A model generated the notes under the pieces. The model searched no databases and was not told the origin of the DNA. It was given only the letters and a program-made list of their open reading frames with translations. DNA of 64,000 nucleotides. Origin: Fimbriimonadaceae bacterium. Lineage in GTDB: Bacteria > Armatimonadota > UBA10988. Positions 26,661 to 36,150 of this stretch are shown here, one piece after another. Within the stretch, counting starts at the first letter, position 1. Every line of letters begins with the position of its first letter. The translations under genes and the position numbers were made by a program. The stretch covers positions 6,339-70,338 of the forward strand of contig JADZEX010000040.1 in assembly GCA_020850355.1 (NCBI GenBank), written 5' to 3'.

Positions 26661-27162
26661 GGCGCTCTGGGACACTTGCTCGTTGATCACACTGGACCTA
26701 CTGGTGCAGTGGGACGCCGGGTTCCGCGAACACGTCGGGGCACCGCGCTGTGTGGCGGTGAGCCTGTCGGACGACAACCTGCGGCCTGACACCGCGGGGC
26801 GCCTGACGACTCTGGTCGGGCCGGTTGTGGAACCGCCAGACCTGCTGACCACTGTCGGATTCCTCCGTACGGCCGACCTGCCGCGCGCCGTGGCCGAGGT
26901 CGACCGCGTCGTCTACGTCACGGCAGCCCACCATCGGCTCGCCGTGGTCACCGCCGACCGCAAACTCGCCCGAGCCATCGCGGCGCGGCACCAGCGGGTT
27001 GGCAACATGGCGCTGATCCTCAAGGAACTGGTGACCAGCCGTGCGATGGCGGCTGCAGCGTGCGACTCGGCGCTGGCGCGCCTGGCTGCCCAGCAGGAGT
27101 TCCTGTTGCCACCCAGCGGTCCGCAAGGTTGGACTGGCCTCAGGAGCTACCGCTTCCCGTGA
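26602..27162 (+). CDS. PIN-like domain protein (DUF4411-like), the partner of the HTH/M78 gene. The start is uncertain (ATG 26602 or GTG 26641) and overlaps the upstream gene.
   Basis: The N-terminus has acidic residues within the hydrophobic stretch (VLNWWDEALWDTCSLITLDLL), and the C-terminus has LAVVTADRKLARAIA (PIN-like D...T.D pattern). The ORF is in a different frame overlapping the 3' end of 25500..26660 by 20-59 nt. Confidence 0.5.
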   Translation: MMPDVAPRSGSGPVLNWWDEALWDTCSLITLDLLVQWDAGFREHVGAPRCVAVSLSDDNLRPDTAGRLTTLVGPVVEPPDLLTTVGFLRTADLPRAVAEVDRVVYVTAAHHRLAVVTADRKLARAIAARHQRVGNMALILKELVTSRAMAAAACDSALARLAAQQEFLLPPSGPQGWTGLRSYRFP

Positions 27163-27312
27163 GCAACTACGAACCAAGCGGAATAGAGTACAATCGGGTC
27201 GAGCGATTCGGCGGCCATGGGGCGTCTCTGCAAGGCCGATCCCAGCACCTTGGACCGTTTGGAACGCGCGCTTGAACTTCGATTCCGGTTTGGATGATCA
27301 GGACACCAGGCG

Positions 27313-27882
27313 ATGAGCCTCGACGAGGCCCTCTTCCGGCTGGTCAACGAGACCAGCGCCAATCCGCTGTTTGACGCCTGGATGCCCTGGCTGACCGCCG
27401 GGGATCGGGTGCTGGCGGTGCTGCTGGGCAGCGGTCTGCTGGTGCTGGCCCAGGCCGCCCTCCGCCGCGATCGCGCCGCGTTGCGGCTGGCGGGGCGGGT
27501 GGTGCTGGTGGCGCTCGGCGGCGTGGCGCTCTGTGAGCTGATCGGCGGCAACCTCCTGAAGCCCCTGCTGGCCCGCCCGCGGCCGCCGCTGGCGCTGGCC
27601 GAGGTGCGGCTGCTGGTGGGGCTGGGGCCTAGTGGCAGTTTCCCCAGCCTGCACGCGGCCAACAGCCTGGCGGTCACCAGCGCGCTGGTCTACGGTTACC
27701 GCCGCCTGGCGCCGTTGCTGGTCTACCCCGTGGTGATCGCCTACTCGCGGGTCTACGTCGGCGTGCACTACCCCTCCGACGTGCTCGCCGGAGCGCTCCT
27801 CGGCGGCCTGGCCACGGCGCTGCTGTGGCGCCTCAGCGGCCGGCCGCGTGGTATGCTTGCGACTGAGGCACAGGCAGCGTGA
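27313..27882 (+). CDS. PAP2-family phosphatase (undecaprenyl-diphosphate/lipid phosphatase-like)
   Basis: The PAP2 motifs KPLLARPRP, PSGH (FPSLHA) and SRVYVGVHYPSDV, with multiple TM helices. Confidence 0.85.
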   Translation: MSLDEALFRLVNETSANPLFDAWMPWLTAGDRVLAVLLGSGLLVLAQAALRRDRAALRLAGRVVLVALGGVALCELIGGNLLKPLLARPRPPLALAEVRLLVGLGPSGSFPSLHAANSLAVTSALVYGYRRLAPLLVYPVVIAYSRVYVGVHYPSDVLAGALLGGLATALLWRLSGRPRGMLATEAQAA

Positions 27883-28865
27883 CCGAGGCGGTCGACAAAC
27901 CGGGGCAGCCGTTACCGGCGCCAGCGCGGCGCGGGTGGCTGGGCTGGCTGGCCCGCGCGGCGGTCAGCGCGGTGGTCCTCGGCTGGGTCTTCACCCGGCC
28001 AGAGAACCGCGCTGCGGTGGCTGGTGTCAGCGGTCACACGGCCGTCGTGGTGCTCTGGGCCGTGCTGCTCTACGCCGGCTGCCAACTGCTCACGGCACTG
28101 CGCTGGTGGTGGCTGCTACGGCTGGTCGGAGCCCCGGTGCCGTACCTCGCCACGGTGCGGGTGACTTTCAGCGGGATGTTCGCCAACTACTGCCTGCCGA
28201 CCAGCGTCGGCGGCGATCTGGTGCGGATCGGGCTGGTCACGCGCCATGGCGTGCCGGCCACGCTTGGCGCGCTGACGGTCTTCCTGCAGCGCTTCACCGG
28301 CCTGGTGGTGCTGCTGCTGTTTGGCCTGCTGGGCCTGGCGGCTGGGGCCGGACAGACCGACCCGAGCGCGGCCCGCTTGCTGTCGGTGGTGGGTGCGCTT
28401 TCGGCCGGCGGCCTGCTCTGCCTGGCGGCGCTGGCGCTGGCCGAGCAGCGCCGGCAGATCAGCCAGCGGCTGCCGCGGGCGCTGGGCGGGCCGCTCCGCA
28501 AGCTCAGCGCCGCGCTGCAACAACTGGCCAGCCAGCCCCGCGGCCTGCTGTTGGTGCTGGCGCTGTCGGTGACTTATCAACTCCTGATCGTCGGCCTGCA
28601 GGCCTGGCTCGGCTGGACCGCTGGGGTGCGGCCGGCGGCGGTGCACTGGTTCTGGACCGTGCCGATGGTGACGCTCACCGAGATGGTGCCGCTGCCCGGC
28701 GGGCTGGGCATCCGTGAGGCCGCCGCCGAGGGCGTCTTCCATGTGCTGGGGTTCGGCGCCCTGGGCGCGCTGGCCTCGCTGCTCTGGCAGGCCACCAAGT
28801 TCCTGACCAGCCTGCCCGGCGGCCTGCTGCTGGCCTGGGGCGAGCGTCGGGAGCCGCGGCCGTGA
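27879..28865 (+). CDS. Lysylphosphatidylglycerol-synthase TM-region / flippase-like (UPF0104) membrane protein
   Basis: Polytopic. The LRWWWLLRLVG...FSGMFANYCLPTSVGGDLVRI motif is characteristic of the MprF N-terminal flippase-like domain family. The ATGA overlaps the PAP2 gene. Confidence 0.75.
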   Translation: MTEAVDKPGQPLPAPARRGWLGWLARAAVSAVVLGWVFTRPENRAAVAGVSGHTAVVVLWAVLLYAGCQLLTALRWWWLLRLVGAPVPYLATVRVTFSGMFANYCLPTSVGGDLVRIGLVTRHGVPATLGALTVFLQRFTGLVVLLLFGLLGLAAGAGQTDPSAARLLSVVGALSAGGLLCLAALALAEQRRQISQRLPRALGGPLRKLSAALQQLASQPRGLLLVLALSVTYQLLIVGLQAWLGWTAGVRPAAVHWFWTVPMVTLTEMVPLPGGLGIREAAAEGVFHVLGFGALGALASLLWQATKFLTSLPGGLLLAWGERREPRP

Positions 28866-29677
28866 CCGCCGCCCTGCCCGGCGCGGGCGCCGCGCGGCCG
28901 CGCGAGCTGCTGGCCGCCGCGGCGCGCTACTGTGGGCAGCGCCTGCTGGCCTTCCTCGGCTATCTCGGGGACGTCGTCTTGTTGGGCAACCAGACCGTGC
29001 AGTTCATCTTGCGCGGACAGGTCACGCGGCGCGAAGTCTTCGACCAGATGGCGGCGATCGGCGTGGCGGGGCTGCCGCTGGTCGCGCTGACCGTCTGTTT
29101 CAGCGGCATGGTCTTCGGGGTCTACGGCGTCGAGCAGTTCAAGGCCTTTGGGCTGACCAACCTGCTCGGCGGGATCACCGCGATGTCGATGACCCGCGAG
29201 GTGGCGCCGGTGCTGGCGGCGACGGTGGTGGCCGCCCGCAGCGGCTCGGCGATCGCCGCCGAGATGGCGACCATGAAGATCACCGAGCAGCTCGACGCGC
29301 TGCGCGCGCTGGCCACCGATCCGGTCGAGTACCTGGCGGTGCCGCGCTACATCGCGCTGGTCTTCACGTTGCCGATGCTGGCCCTGGTCGGGATGTGCGC
29401 CGGCACCTGGGGCGGCGGGCTGGTGGCCACCTGGAGCGGCATCTCGTGGGGTGAGTACATCAGCCAGATTCCCGATCGCGTGCCGCCCGACTATGTCGTC
29501 AACGGCTGCATCAAGGCGATGGTGTTCGGCGCGCTGATCGCCCTGGCCAGCCTGCGCCAGGGCTTCCGCTGCGGCTACGGCGCGGAGTCGGTCGGCCGCA
29601 CGACGACCCAGGCGGTGGTGCTCAACATCCTCTGGATCCACGCCGCCAACCTGCTGCTGGCGATGCTCACCGAGTAA
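28862..29677 (+). CDS. MlaE/YrbE-family ABC transporter permease
   Basis: FLGYLGDVVLLGNQTVQFILRGQVTRREVFDQMAAIGVAGLPLV...MSMTREVAPVLAATVVAARSGSAIAAEMATMKITEQLDALRALATDP matches the MlaE permease family throughout. The ATGA overlaps the upstream gene. No MlaF/MlaD gene is adjacent. Confidence 0.85.
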   Translation: MTAALPGAGAARPRELLAAAARYCGQRLLAFLGYLGDVVLLGNQTVQFILRGQVTRREVFDQMAAIGVAGLPLVALTVCFSGMVFGVYGVEQFKAFGLTNLLGGITAMSMTREVAPVLAATVVAARSGSAIAAEMATMKITEQLDALRALATDPVEYLAVPRYIALVFTLPMLALVGMCAGTWGGGLVATWSGISWGEYISQIPDRVPPDYVVNGCIKAMVFGALIALASLRQGFRCGYGAESVGRTTTQAVVLNILWIHAANLLLAMLTE

Positions 29678-29682
29678 CCGCC

Positions 29683-31080
29683 TCAGTCTGGGGGCGCCTC
29701 CGGCCGCGGCAGGTGTAGCGTGAAGGTGGAGCCCGTGCCGGGCTGGCTGACCACGCTGATCCACCCGCCGTGCACCTCGGCCAGGCGCCGCACGAGGTGC
29801 AGGCCGACCCCGGTCCCGGTGATCTTGCGCTCCGGGGCGGTCAGCCGCTCGAACGGCTCGAAGACCCGCCCGGCCTGCTCCGGAGTCAGCCCGAGGCCCT
29901 CGTCCGTGACGGCGATCCGCAGCTCCGCGCCCGCCTCGCTCAAGCGCACGCTGACCAGTCCGCCGGCGGGCGAGTACTTCACGGCGTTGTTCACCAGGTT
30001 GGTGAGAATCTGGTAGAGCTTGTCGCCGTCGACCTCCCGCAAGGGCTGCGCCAGGTCGCTGTGCAGTTCGAAGGTATGACGGTCGGTGGCCAGCTTCTGG
30101 GCCTCGATCACGCTCCGCGCCAGCGCCGGCAGGTCGGTCGGCTCCAACCGCAGGTCGGGCTCGCGGCCGGCTTCCAGGCGGGCCGTGTCGAGCATGTTGT
30201 GCAGCAGCCGCATCAACCGGCCGCAAGTCTCGACGCACAGGCCAAGCATCTCGCGCTGCGCCTCGGGCGGCACCGGCAGCGCCAGCAGCGTCTTGGCAGC
30301 GCCCTGGATGCCGGCCAGCGGGTTCTTCAGCTCATGCGCGACGTCCCGCACGGCCTCGTCGCGGAAGCGCACCAACTGCTCCAGCTTGGCGCGGCGACCC
30401 TCGCTGCGGATCAGCTCCTGCGCCAGCGCCACGCCGCAGAAGACGCAGAACAGCGCCGCGCCAAGGCTGTGCAGGCTGACGCTGACGCGGGTCTCGGGGA
30501 AGAAGAGGATCAGTATCACCACGATGAAGCCGTCCAGCACGGCGACCGCCATGCCGGCCAGAATCACCGGCAGCCGCGCCTGCAACGGCGCGAAGCCGAC
30601 CTCGTGCCGGCGCCGCCAGCCGCGCATCAGGACCACCCAGGCGATCACCGCCTCGAGCAGCAACAGCGGCATGATCCACCGGAACAGCGGCCCGATGTTG
30701 AACCAGCGCCCGGGGGTGGCGCTGACCAGGACGAAGCTGTCGGTGAAGACCAGGCCGACCATCAGGACGCCCAGCAGGTAGGTCAGCGCGATGCCCCGCC
30801 GGCTGCGCCGCAGACCCGACACGAGCAAGGCCAGGTGCAGGAAGAGGGTCACCGCGCTGACCACCCCGACGTACTGGTTGCGCAACCAGAACAGCGCCTG
30901 GGGGCGCTGGATGTCGATGTTGGTGAGGTACGACGAGAGCGCCATCCAGCCCAACGCGAGGGCCAGCACGGCAAACACCAGATCGGCCAGGCGGCGGCCG
31001 AAGCGGCGGTGGATCACCAAGAAGGCGACGGCAATCTCGAGGCACAGCACCGCCGCCACCACCGGCACCAACATCGCCAT
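29683..31080 (-). CDS. Sensor histidine kinase with a 7TM (7TMR-DISM-like) membrane sensor domain
   Basis: MAMLVPVVAAVLCLEIAVAFLVI... has seven hydrophobic helices. HELKNPL is the H-box, and LTNLVNNAVKYSP...DEGLGL...GTGVGL are the N, G1 and G2 boxes. GGGAG lies 6 nt upstream of ATG 31080. The ORF-track extension to 31458 is rejected. No response regulator is adjacent. Confidence 0.85.
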   Translation of the reverse strand: MAMLVPVVAAVLCLEIAVAFLVIHRRFGRRLADLVFAVLALALGWMALSSYLTNIDIQRPQALFWLRNQYVGVVSAVTLFLHLALLVSGLRRSRRGIALTYLLGVLMVGLVFTDSFVLVSATPGRWFNIGPLFRWIMPLLLLEAVIAWVVLMRGWRRRHEVGFAPLQARLPVILAGMAVAVLDGFIVVILILFFPETRVSVSLHSLGAALFCVFCGVALAQELIRSEGRRAKLEQLVRFRDEAVRDVAHELKNPLAGIQGAAKTLLALPVPPEAQREMLGLCVETCGRLMRLLHNMLDTARLEAGREPDLRLEPTDLPALARSVIEAQKLATDRHTFELHSDLAQPLREVDGDKLYQILTNLVNNAVKYSPAGGLVSVRLSEAGAELRIAVTDEGLGLTPEQAGRVFEPFERLTAPERKITGTGVGLHLVRRLAEVHGGWISVVSQPGTGSTFTLHLPRPEAPPD

Positions 31081-31299
31081 CGACCAACTCCCATCCCAAG
31101 GAGTCTGACGCGGACGCCGCCCCGCCAAGTTCCCCTGACGCCGCAGGGCTACGGCGCGCCTGTGACCTGATCTGCCGCAGCCTTCCCTCGGATCGACGGC
31201 AGTCCGTGCACCAGTCGCGCCACGGCGGCGCCGTCCATCGCGAGGGCACCGGCCTCTGGGGCGCGGAGCGGCTCGACCGCCGCTTCGCTCGCACCGTAG

Positions 31300-32215
31300 C
31301 GGCGCAGGCGCGCTGCAAGCAGTCGTCGGCCGTCCGCCGGCTGCTGAGGCCGCCCCAGTGGCCGGGGAAGTCGGTGTTGTGCGCCGTCGTCGATCCCGCC
31401 CCGTCCAGCTCCGCCAGCAGGTTCTGCCCGTCCCACACGAACTGCGTCGTGCCCGCACCCGTCACCTTCCGCCGCCGCAGGCCGTCCGCGGCGTAGGTGT
31501 AGGTCTCGAGTCCGGTCAATGTCTCGACCGCCACCAGTCGATGCTCCGCATCCCAGGTGTAGCTGGTCAGCCCGCTCGGGCGCGGGTCAGTGAGCGTATT
31601 CCCGTTACCACCATAAGCTATGCTGGTGATCCACGAGTCCCCGGCGCTGGCGAAGGCCGTGGCGTTGGCGCTCCTGAGCGGGCCCGGATGGCCGACGCGT
31701 TGGAACGTGATGGCCAGCAGCGGGGCGGTGTCGGCGTCGACCTCAATCGGCGCGGGCAGCGCCAGGATCACCTGGTGCGCACCGGCGGCGCTGATGGTGG
31801 CGCTGGCGAGGGTCTCCAGGACCGTCCGATCCGCCGCGAGCGTCTGCAACGTCACGGTCCAGTGGTTCGACCCATCCCAGGTCCCCGTCGCCGCCACCAC
31901 CACGAGACTCGCCTGCTCGACCATCAAATCGGCCGCGGGCAGCGTGTAACGTAGCGCCAGGGCCGCACAGCTCAACGGCGGCGCGACGACCGGCTCGAAG
32001 ACGCACAGCGCCCCCAGCGTGGCGACATCGGACACTCCGGCCAACCGTTTCGGCTGATCTCGCAGCGTCCCTGCCCCCGGCGCGTGGTCGGCCGCGAAGC
32101 CGGATCGCCGACGCAACAACGGCGACACATCACGCGGGCATACTGATCCCGCTGTCGCGGACGGAGGACACAGGAAGTGAGCTGGCCGAAGCTCACCTGC
32201 ACCGCTCAAGACCAT
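31300..32215 (-). pseudogene. RHS/YD-repeat protein fragment (probably a degenerate remnant; boundaries approximate)
   Basis: The frame encodes ...TSYTWDAEHRLVAVETLTGLETYTYAADGLRRRKVTGAGTTQFVWDGQNLLAELDGAGST..., i.e. two or three canonical YD repeats (YxYDxxGRL). There is no plausible stop before it runs into the histidine-kinase upstream region. It starts 17 nt from the divergent pseudopilin gene. Confidence 0.4.
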
Positions 32216-32232
32216 GGCTGGGGAGAACGTCA

Positions 32233-32943
32233 GTGAAACGACACGCCTTCACGCTGATCGAGCTGTTGGTGGTGATCGCCATCATCGCGATTCTGGCGGC
32301 GATTCTGTTCCCGGTGTTTGCCAAGGCGCGGGAGAAGGCCCGGGCCAGTTCGTGCATGAGCAACTGCAAGCAGATCGGCCTGGCGGTGACGCAGTACTGC
32401 CAGGACTACGACGAGACCGCCCCGCTGGCCTCGTTCGGCTACAACGCCACGGCGCAGTGGCCGATGCCGGACGGCTCGCTGGGCAACGCGATGCTCTTCT
32501 ACCACGTGATTCTGCCGTATATGAAGAGTGTCCAGATCCTCAACTGCCCGAGCTACCCGGGGACCAAGTACAACGGCCAGTACCACCCGCCGGGCGGGTT
32601 CGGCGGCAACCAGTTCTGCTGGGGGCTGCCGATCGCTCGGTACGCCTACCCGGCCGAGCTGGCGGTGTTCATGGACGCCGGCTGGAACCGCGTCTCCGAG
32701 CCGAACTTGGACCGCGCCGCGAGCCGCGCGGATGGCTACTACTTGCTGGACTGGGACGACCAGGCGGCGGTCACCGGTGGCGACAACAGCATGGCGCCGT
32801 CGCCGCGGCACAACCTGACCACCAACGTGGTGTTCATGGACGGCCACGCCAAGGGCATTCAGACCAGCAAGATGATCGACACCGCACAGCCGTGGCCGAC
32901 CGATGCCGCGACCCGGCGGATCTGGGATCCCGCCGCGCCCTGA
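32233..32943 (+). CDS. Prepilin-type N-terminal cleavage/methylation domain protein with an H-X9-DG (DUF1559) domain; a type II secretion pseudopilin-like protein
   Basis: GTG start with GGGAGA 8 nt upstream. [29 protein letters not shown] is the prepilin leader plus hydrophobic helix. The C-terminal [16 protein letters not shown] is the H-X9-DG motif. Confidence 0.9.
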   Translation: MKRHAFTLIELLVVIAIIAILAAILFPVFAKAREKARASSCMSNCKQIGLAVTQYCQDYDETAPLASFGYNATAQWPMPDGSLGNAMLFYHVILPYMKSVQILNCPSYPGTKYNGQYHPPGGFGGNQFCWGLPIARYAYPAELAVFMDAGWNRVSEPNLDRAASRADGYYLLDWDDQAAVTGGDNSMAPSPRHNLTTNVVFMDGHAKGIQTSKMIDTAQPWPTDAATRRIWDPAAP

Positions 32944-32969
32944 CGCCGGCGGGTTACAGGATCGTTGAC

Positions 32970-33007
32970 GAAAGGGACGCCGTGCCACCCGGTCCGGCGT
33001 CCCTTTC
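32970..33007 (+). terminator. Perfect 13-bp hairpin downstream of the pseudopilin gene (candidate terminator, no U-tract)
   Basis: GAAAGGGACGCCG-tgccacccggtc-CGGCGTCCCTTTC, 27 nt after the stop of 32233..32943. Confidence 0.35.
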
Positions 33008-33056
33008 GTCGGCGGTGCCGTCATGCTAACCGACAGGAACGTCCGGGAGTCGGCTG

Positions 33057-34991
33057 GTGCGCATGAAGACCTGGCAGAAGGGCCTCGCTGGCACGTTGCT
33101 GCTGCTGCTGATCGCGCAGGCCAGCGGCCTCTCGGCCGGGCTCGACCGCTGGCTGGGTGACAGCCACTGGCGCTGGGCCGCGGCGCGGCGGAGCGAGCCG
33201 TTCCCGCCACAGGTCGTCGTGATCGGCATCGACGACGCCAGCATCCGCCAGCTCGGTCGGCTGCGCAACTGGTCGCGCAGTCTCTACGCCGACCTGCTGG
33301 ACCGCCTGAAGCTGGCCAAGGCGGTCGGCCTCGATGTGCTGTTTGTCGACCCCGACGAGCGCGACGCCGCCGGCGACCGCGCCTTCACCGCGGCGGTCAA
33401 GCGGCACGGCCGGGTGGTCGTGGCGTTCAACCAGTGGACCGTGCTGCGGCCGTTGGGACAGGCCGACCTGGCCGCCATCAAGGCCTTCTCGGTACGGTTG
33501 CCGCAGGTCCCGACCCAGGGCTGGCCACTGTTGCAGCCGCAGTTGCTGCAACCGCCGCTGCCCGACCTCGTCACCAACGCGGCAGCCTTCGGGACGGCCG
33601 ACGTCACCGCCGACGCCGACGGCGTCTATCGCCAGCCCTTGTTGCTGCGCTCGACCTTGGAGCAGCGCCTGCTGCCGCACCTGGCGGTCAGCCTGGCGGC
33701 GCTGGCCAGCGGCACGCCGCTTGAGCAGGTCGCCAGCACCCCACGGCAACTGACCTTCGGCGACCGCCAGGTCCCGCACCGCGCCGGGCGGGTACTCTTG
33801 CAGCCGATCGCCGTGGCCGCCGGGTTCGGGCGGAAGGGCGGCCAGCCGGTCACCACGATCAGCTTCGCCGAGGCGTTGCGGGCCGCTCCGCAGCAGTTCG
33901 CCGAGAAGGTAGTGCTGGTCGGCGAGACCGCCGTGGGCACCACCGACATTCGGGCCAACCCGCTCGACAACGGCCTCCGCGGCGTCGAGCTGAACGCGGA
34001 GATTCTGGCCAACCTGCTCTACCTGCCAGCGGTCCAGCCGTTGCCGGCGCAGTGGCAGTGGCTGGCCCTGCTGGCGGCACTGGCGGTGCCGCTGACGCTG
34101 TTCGGCAGGCAGTCGCCGAAGGTCGCCACGGTCGGCTCGTTGCTCGCCCTGGCGCTGCTGCTGGGCGGGCTGGAGGCGGCCTTCTGGCTGGGCCGGCTGC
34201 TGCCGAGCTGGGCACCGGTGCTGGTCGGCTGCGGTGGCGCGACGCTGCTGATGGGCCTGCAGCGGTTGGCTGAGGAGAACCGCGCCAAGGAACAGGTGCG
34301 GCAGAGCTTCTCGCTGTACGTCTCGCCCGAGGTCGTCAACGAGATCGTCAACGACCCGCAGCAGGCGCATCAGGAAGGGCGTCGGCAGCAGACCGCGGTG
34401 CTCTTCAGCGACATCCGCAGCTTCACCACCTTCTGCGAGCAGAATCCGCCGGAGCAGGTGGTGCAGCAGATGCGCACCTACCTCGGCAGCATGGCCGACA
34501 GCGTCACCGCCCACCGCGGCGTGCTCGACAAGTTCATCGGCGACGCCGTGATGGCGCTCTGGGGGCCGTTCCTGGAGCCCGACATGAACCCCGGAGCGCT
34601 GGCCGTGGTGTGCGGGTTGGACATGCTTGACCGGCTCGACGGCCTCAACGCCGAGTGGGCCGCCGCCGGGCTGCCAACCCTCAAGATCGGCATCGGTGTG
34701 CACTTCGGCGACGCGATTGTGGGCAACATCGGGTCCGACAGCCGGATGCAATACACCGCGCTGGGCGACGCCGTGAACCTCGCCTCGCGGCTGGAGAGCA
34801 ACACCAAGGAGCTGAAGGCGACCTTCGTGGTCAGCCGCGAGCTGCGCGACGCCGCCGCCCCGGCGCTCGGCGCCGCGGTGACCTTCCGACCCGTGGCGAC
34901 GATTCAGGTTCGTAACAGGAACACCCCAGTCGAGGTTTTCGAGGTGCTCCGGCCGGTAACAACCCAGGAGGAGAGCCATCATGCAACGTAA
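33057..34991 (+). CDS. CHASE2 sensor domain adenylate/guanylate cyclase (class III)
   Basis: A signal/TM sequence, then a CHASE2-type periplasmic domain (VVVIGIDDASIRQLG...LYADLLDRL...DVLFVDPDE), three or four TM helices, and a class III cyclase domain (AVLFSDIRSFTT...KFIGDAVMALWG...GIGVHFGDAIVGNIGS...YTALGDAVNLASRLE). Confidence 0.9.
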   Translation: MRMKTWQKGLAGTLLLLLIAQASGLSAGLDRWLGDSHWRWAAARRSEPFPPQVVVIGIDDASIRQLGRLRNWSRSLYADLLDRLKLAKAVGLDVLFVDPDERDAAGDRAFTAAVKRHGRVVVAFNQWTVLRPLGQADLAAIKAFSVRLPQVPTQGWPLLQPQLLQPPLPDLVTNAAAFGTADVTADADGVYRQPLLLRSTLEQRLLPHLAVSLAALASGTPLEQVASTPRQLTFGDRQVPHRAGRVLLQPIAVAAGFGRKGGQPVTTISFAEALRAAPQQFAEKVVLVGETAVGTTDIRANPLDNGLRGVELNAEILANLLYLPAVQPLPAQWQWLALLAALAVPLTLFGRQSPKVATVGSLLALALLLGGLEAAFWLGRLLPSWAPVLVGCGGATLLMGLQRLAEENRAKEQVRQSFSLYVSPEVVNEIVNDPQQAHQEGRRQQTAVLFSDIRSFTTFCEQNPPEQVVQQMRTYLGSMADSVTAHRGVLDKFIGDAVMALWGPFLEPDMNPGALAVVCGLDMLDRLDGLNAEWAAAGLPTLKIGIGVHFGDAIVGNIGSDSRMQYTALGDAVNLASRLESNTKELKATFVVSRELRDAAAPALGAAVTFRPVATIQVRNRNTPVEVFEVLRPVTTQEESHHAT

Positions 34992-36150
34992 ACCGCCGCC
35001 CAAGAGCGGCGACCAGGCGCTGAAAGACGCGCTGCTGGACATGGGCAAGCAGAAGAAGCAGAGCGACCGCCGGGCCGCGCGGGCGAAGGGCAAGTGGTCG
35101 GCCAAGTGGACCGACGGCCTGCTCAAGAAGATCCTGATCCTCGCGGTCGTGCTGCTGGTGATCGTCCTGGCCGACGGCGTCCGCCGCGAAGGCGGCGAGT
35201 TCAAGGCGACTCTGGTCAGCAAGACCGGCAACGTCACCGTGGCCCGGGCCGCCGGCGGCGGGGGTGCGCTCAACACCGCCGACACCCTGGAGGACGGCGA
35301 CACCGTCAAGACGGGCGCCAACACCACCGCCACGCTGACCTTCCCGGACGGCTCGGCGGTGCTGCTGGAGCCGAACACCGAGTTTGAGGTGCGGCTGCTC
35401 GACTTCGCCCGCGGTGGCAAGCGTGACCGCTCCTTCCTGGTCAAGAGCGGCGCCGCCGTGGCGCGGGTCGGCGAGTACTTCGGGGTCGGGTCCGAAGCCA
35501 CCGTCTGCACCCCCACCGCCGTCGCGGCCGTCCGCGGGACGGCCTTTCGGGTGGCCTACCAGCCAGCCGGTGAGAAGGGCGCCCGGGGCTACACCAGTGT
35601 CGAGGTGGTCGAGGGCACCGTGGCCTTCAAGACCCCGCTCGGCGAGACCGCGCAACGCGCCGGCAGCACCGGCCAGGCGGCCGGCTACCAACTGGCGGGG
35701 CAAGGCGGCCTGGACCCCTACGCGCGCAACCGCATGAACAACCAGGTGGCCCAGTTGCGGCAGCACGAGGAAGAGCCGAGCGGGCTCAAAGACCTCGAGT
35801 GGAACCTCACCAACCTCTTCGACCCGGTCCTGCAACTGCTCGGCATCTGCCCCGGCGGGTGGGGCTACAACTCCATCGACGCGGCGCGACGGACCGCGGC
35901 GCAGAAGTCGTTGGTGCGCGTGCAGCAGCAGATCGAGTCGCTCAACGAACCGCCGAAGTTCGTCAACCCGACCACCCTCGAGGAGTTCGGGTTCAACGAA
36001 AAGGAGCGCCGCCAGATCGTCAGCACCTTCGCCGGTGGGATGATCGACAGCTACAAGGCCGAGCAGGACCGTTACACGCTGCTGGCCCGTGCGCGGGACA
36101 AGAAACGAACCGTGTGGGAGCTGACGGAATCGGGAGTGGTCCGGAAGTAG
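34981..36150 (+). CDS. FecR-domain membrane protein
   Basis: A basic cytoplasmic N-terminus, one TM (ILILAVVLLVIVLA), then a FecR-like beta domain (GDTVKTGANTTATLTFPDGSAVLLEPNTEFEV...TPTAVAAVRGTAFRV). The ATG overlaps the stop of the cyclase gene by 11 nt. Confidence 0.8.
   Translation: MQRKPPPKSGDQALKDALLDMGKQKKQSDRRAARAKGKWSAKWTDGLLKKILILAVVLLVIVLADGVRREGGEFKATLVSKTGNVTVARAAGGGGALNTADTLEDGDTVKTGANTTATLTFPDGSAVLLEPNTEFEVRLLDFARGGKRDRSFLVKSGAAVARVGEYFGVGSEATVCTPTAVAAVRGTAFRVAYQPAGEKGARGYTSVEVVEGTVAFKTPLGETAQRAGSTGQAAGYQLAGQGGLDPYARNRMNNQVAQLRQHEEEPSGLKDLEWNLTNLFDPVLQLLGICPGGWGYNSIDAARRTAAQKSLVRVQQQIESLNEPPKFVNPTTLEEFGFNEKERRQIVSTFAGGMIDSYKAEQDRYTLLARARDKKRTVWELTESGVVRK

Noticed and set aside
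23934-27162. Possible tRNA-targeted integrative island (tRNA pair, then lytic transglycosylase, then HTH/M78-PIN pair)
   Set aside because: The only tyrosine recombinase (55183..56130) is 30 kb away, across core genes (ftsEX, fpg, rny-like housekeeping). It has XerC/D-type features. There is no direct repeat of the tRNA 3' end and no other mobile genes.
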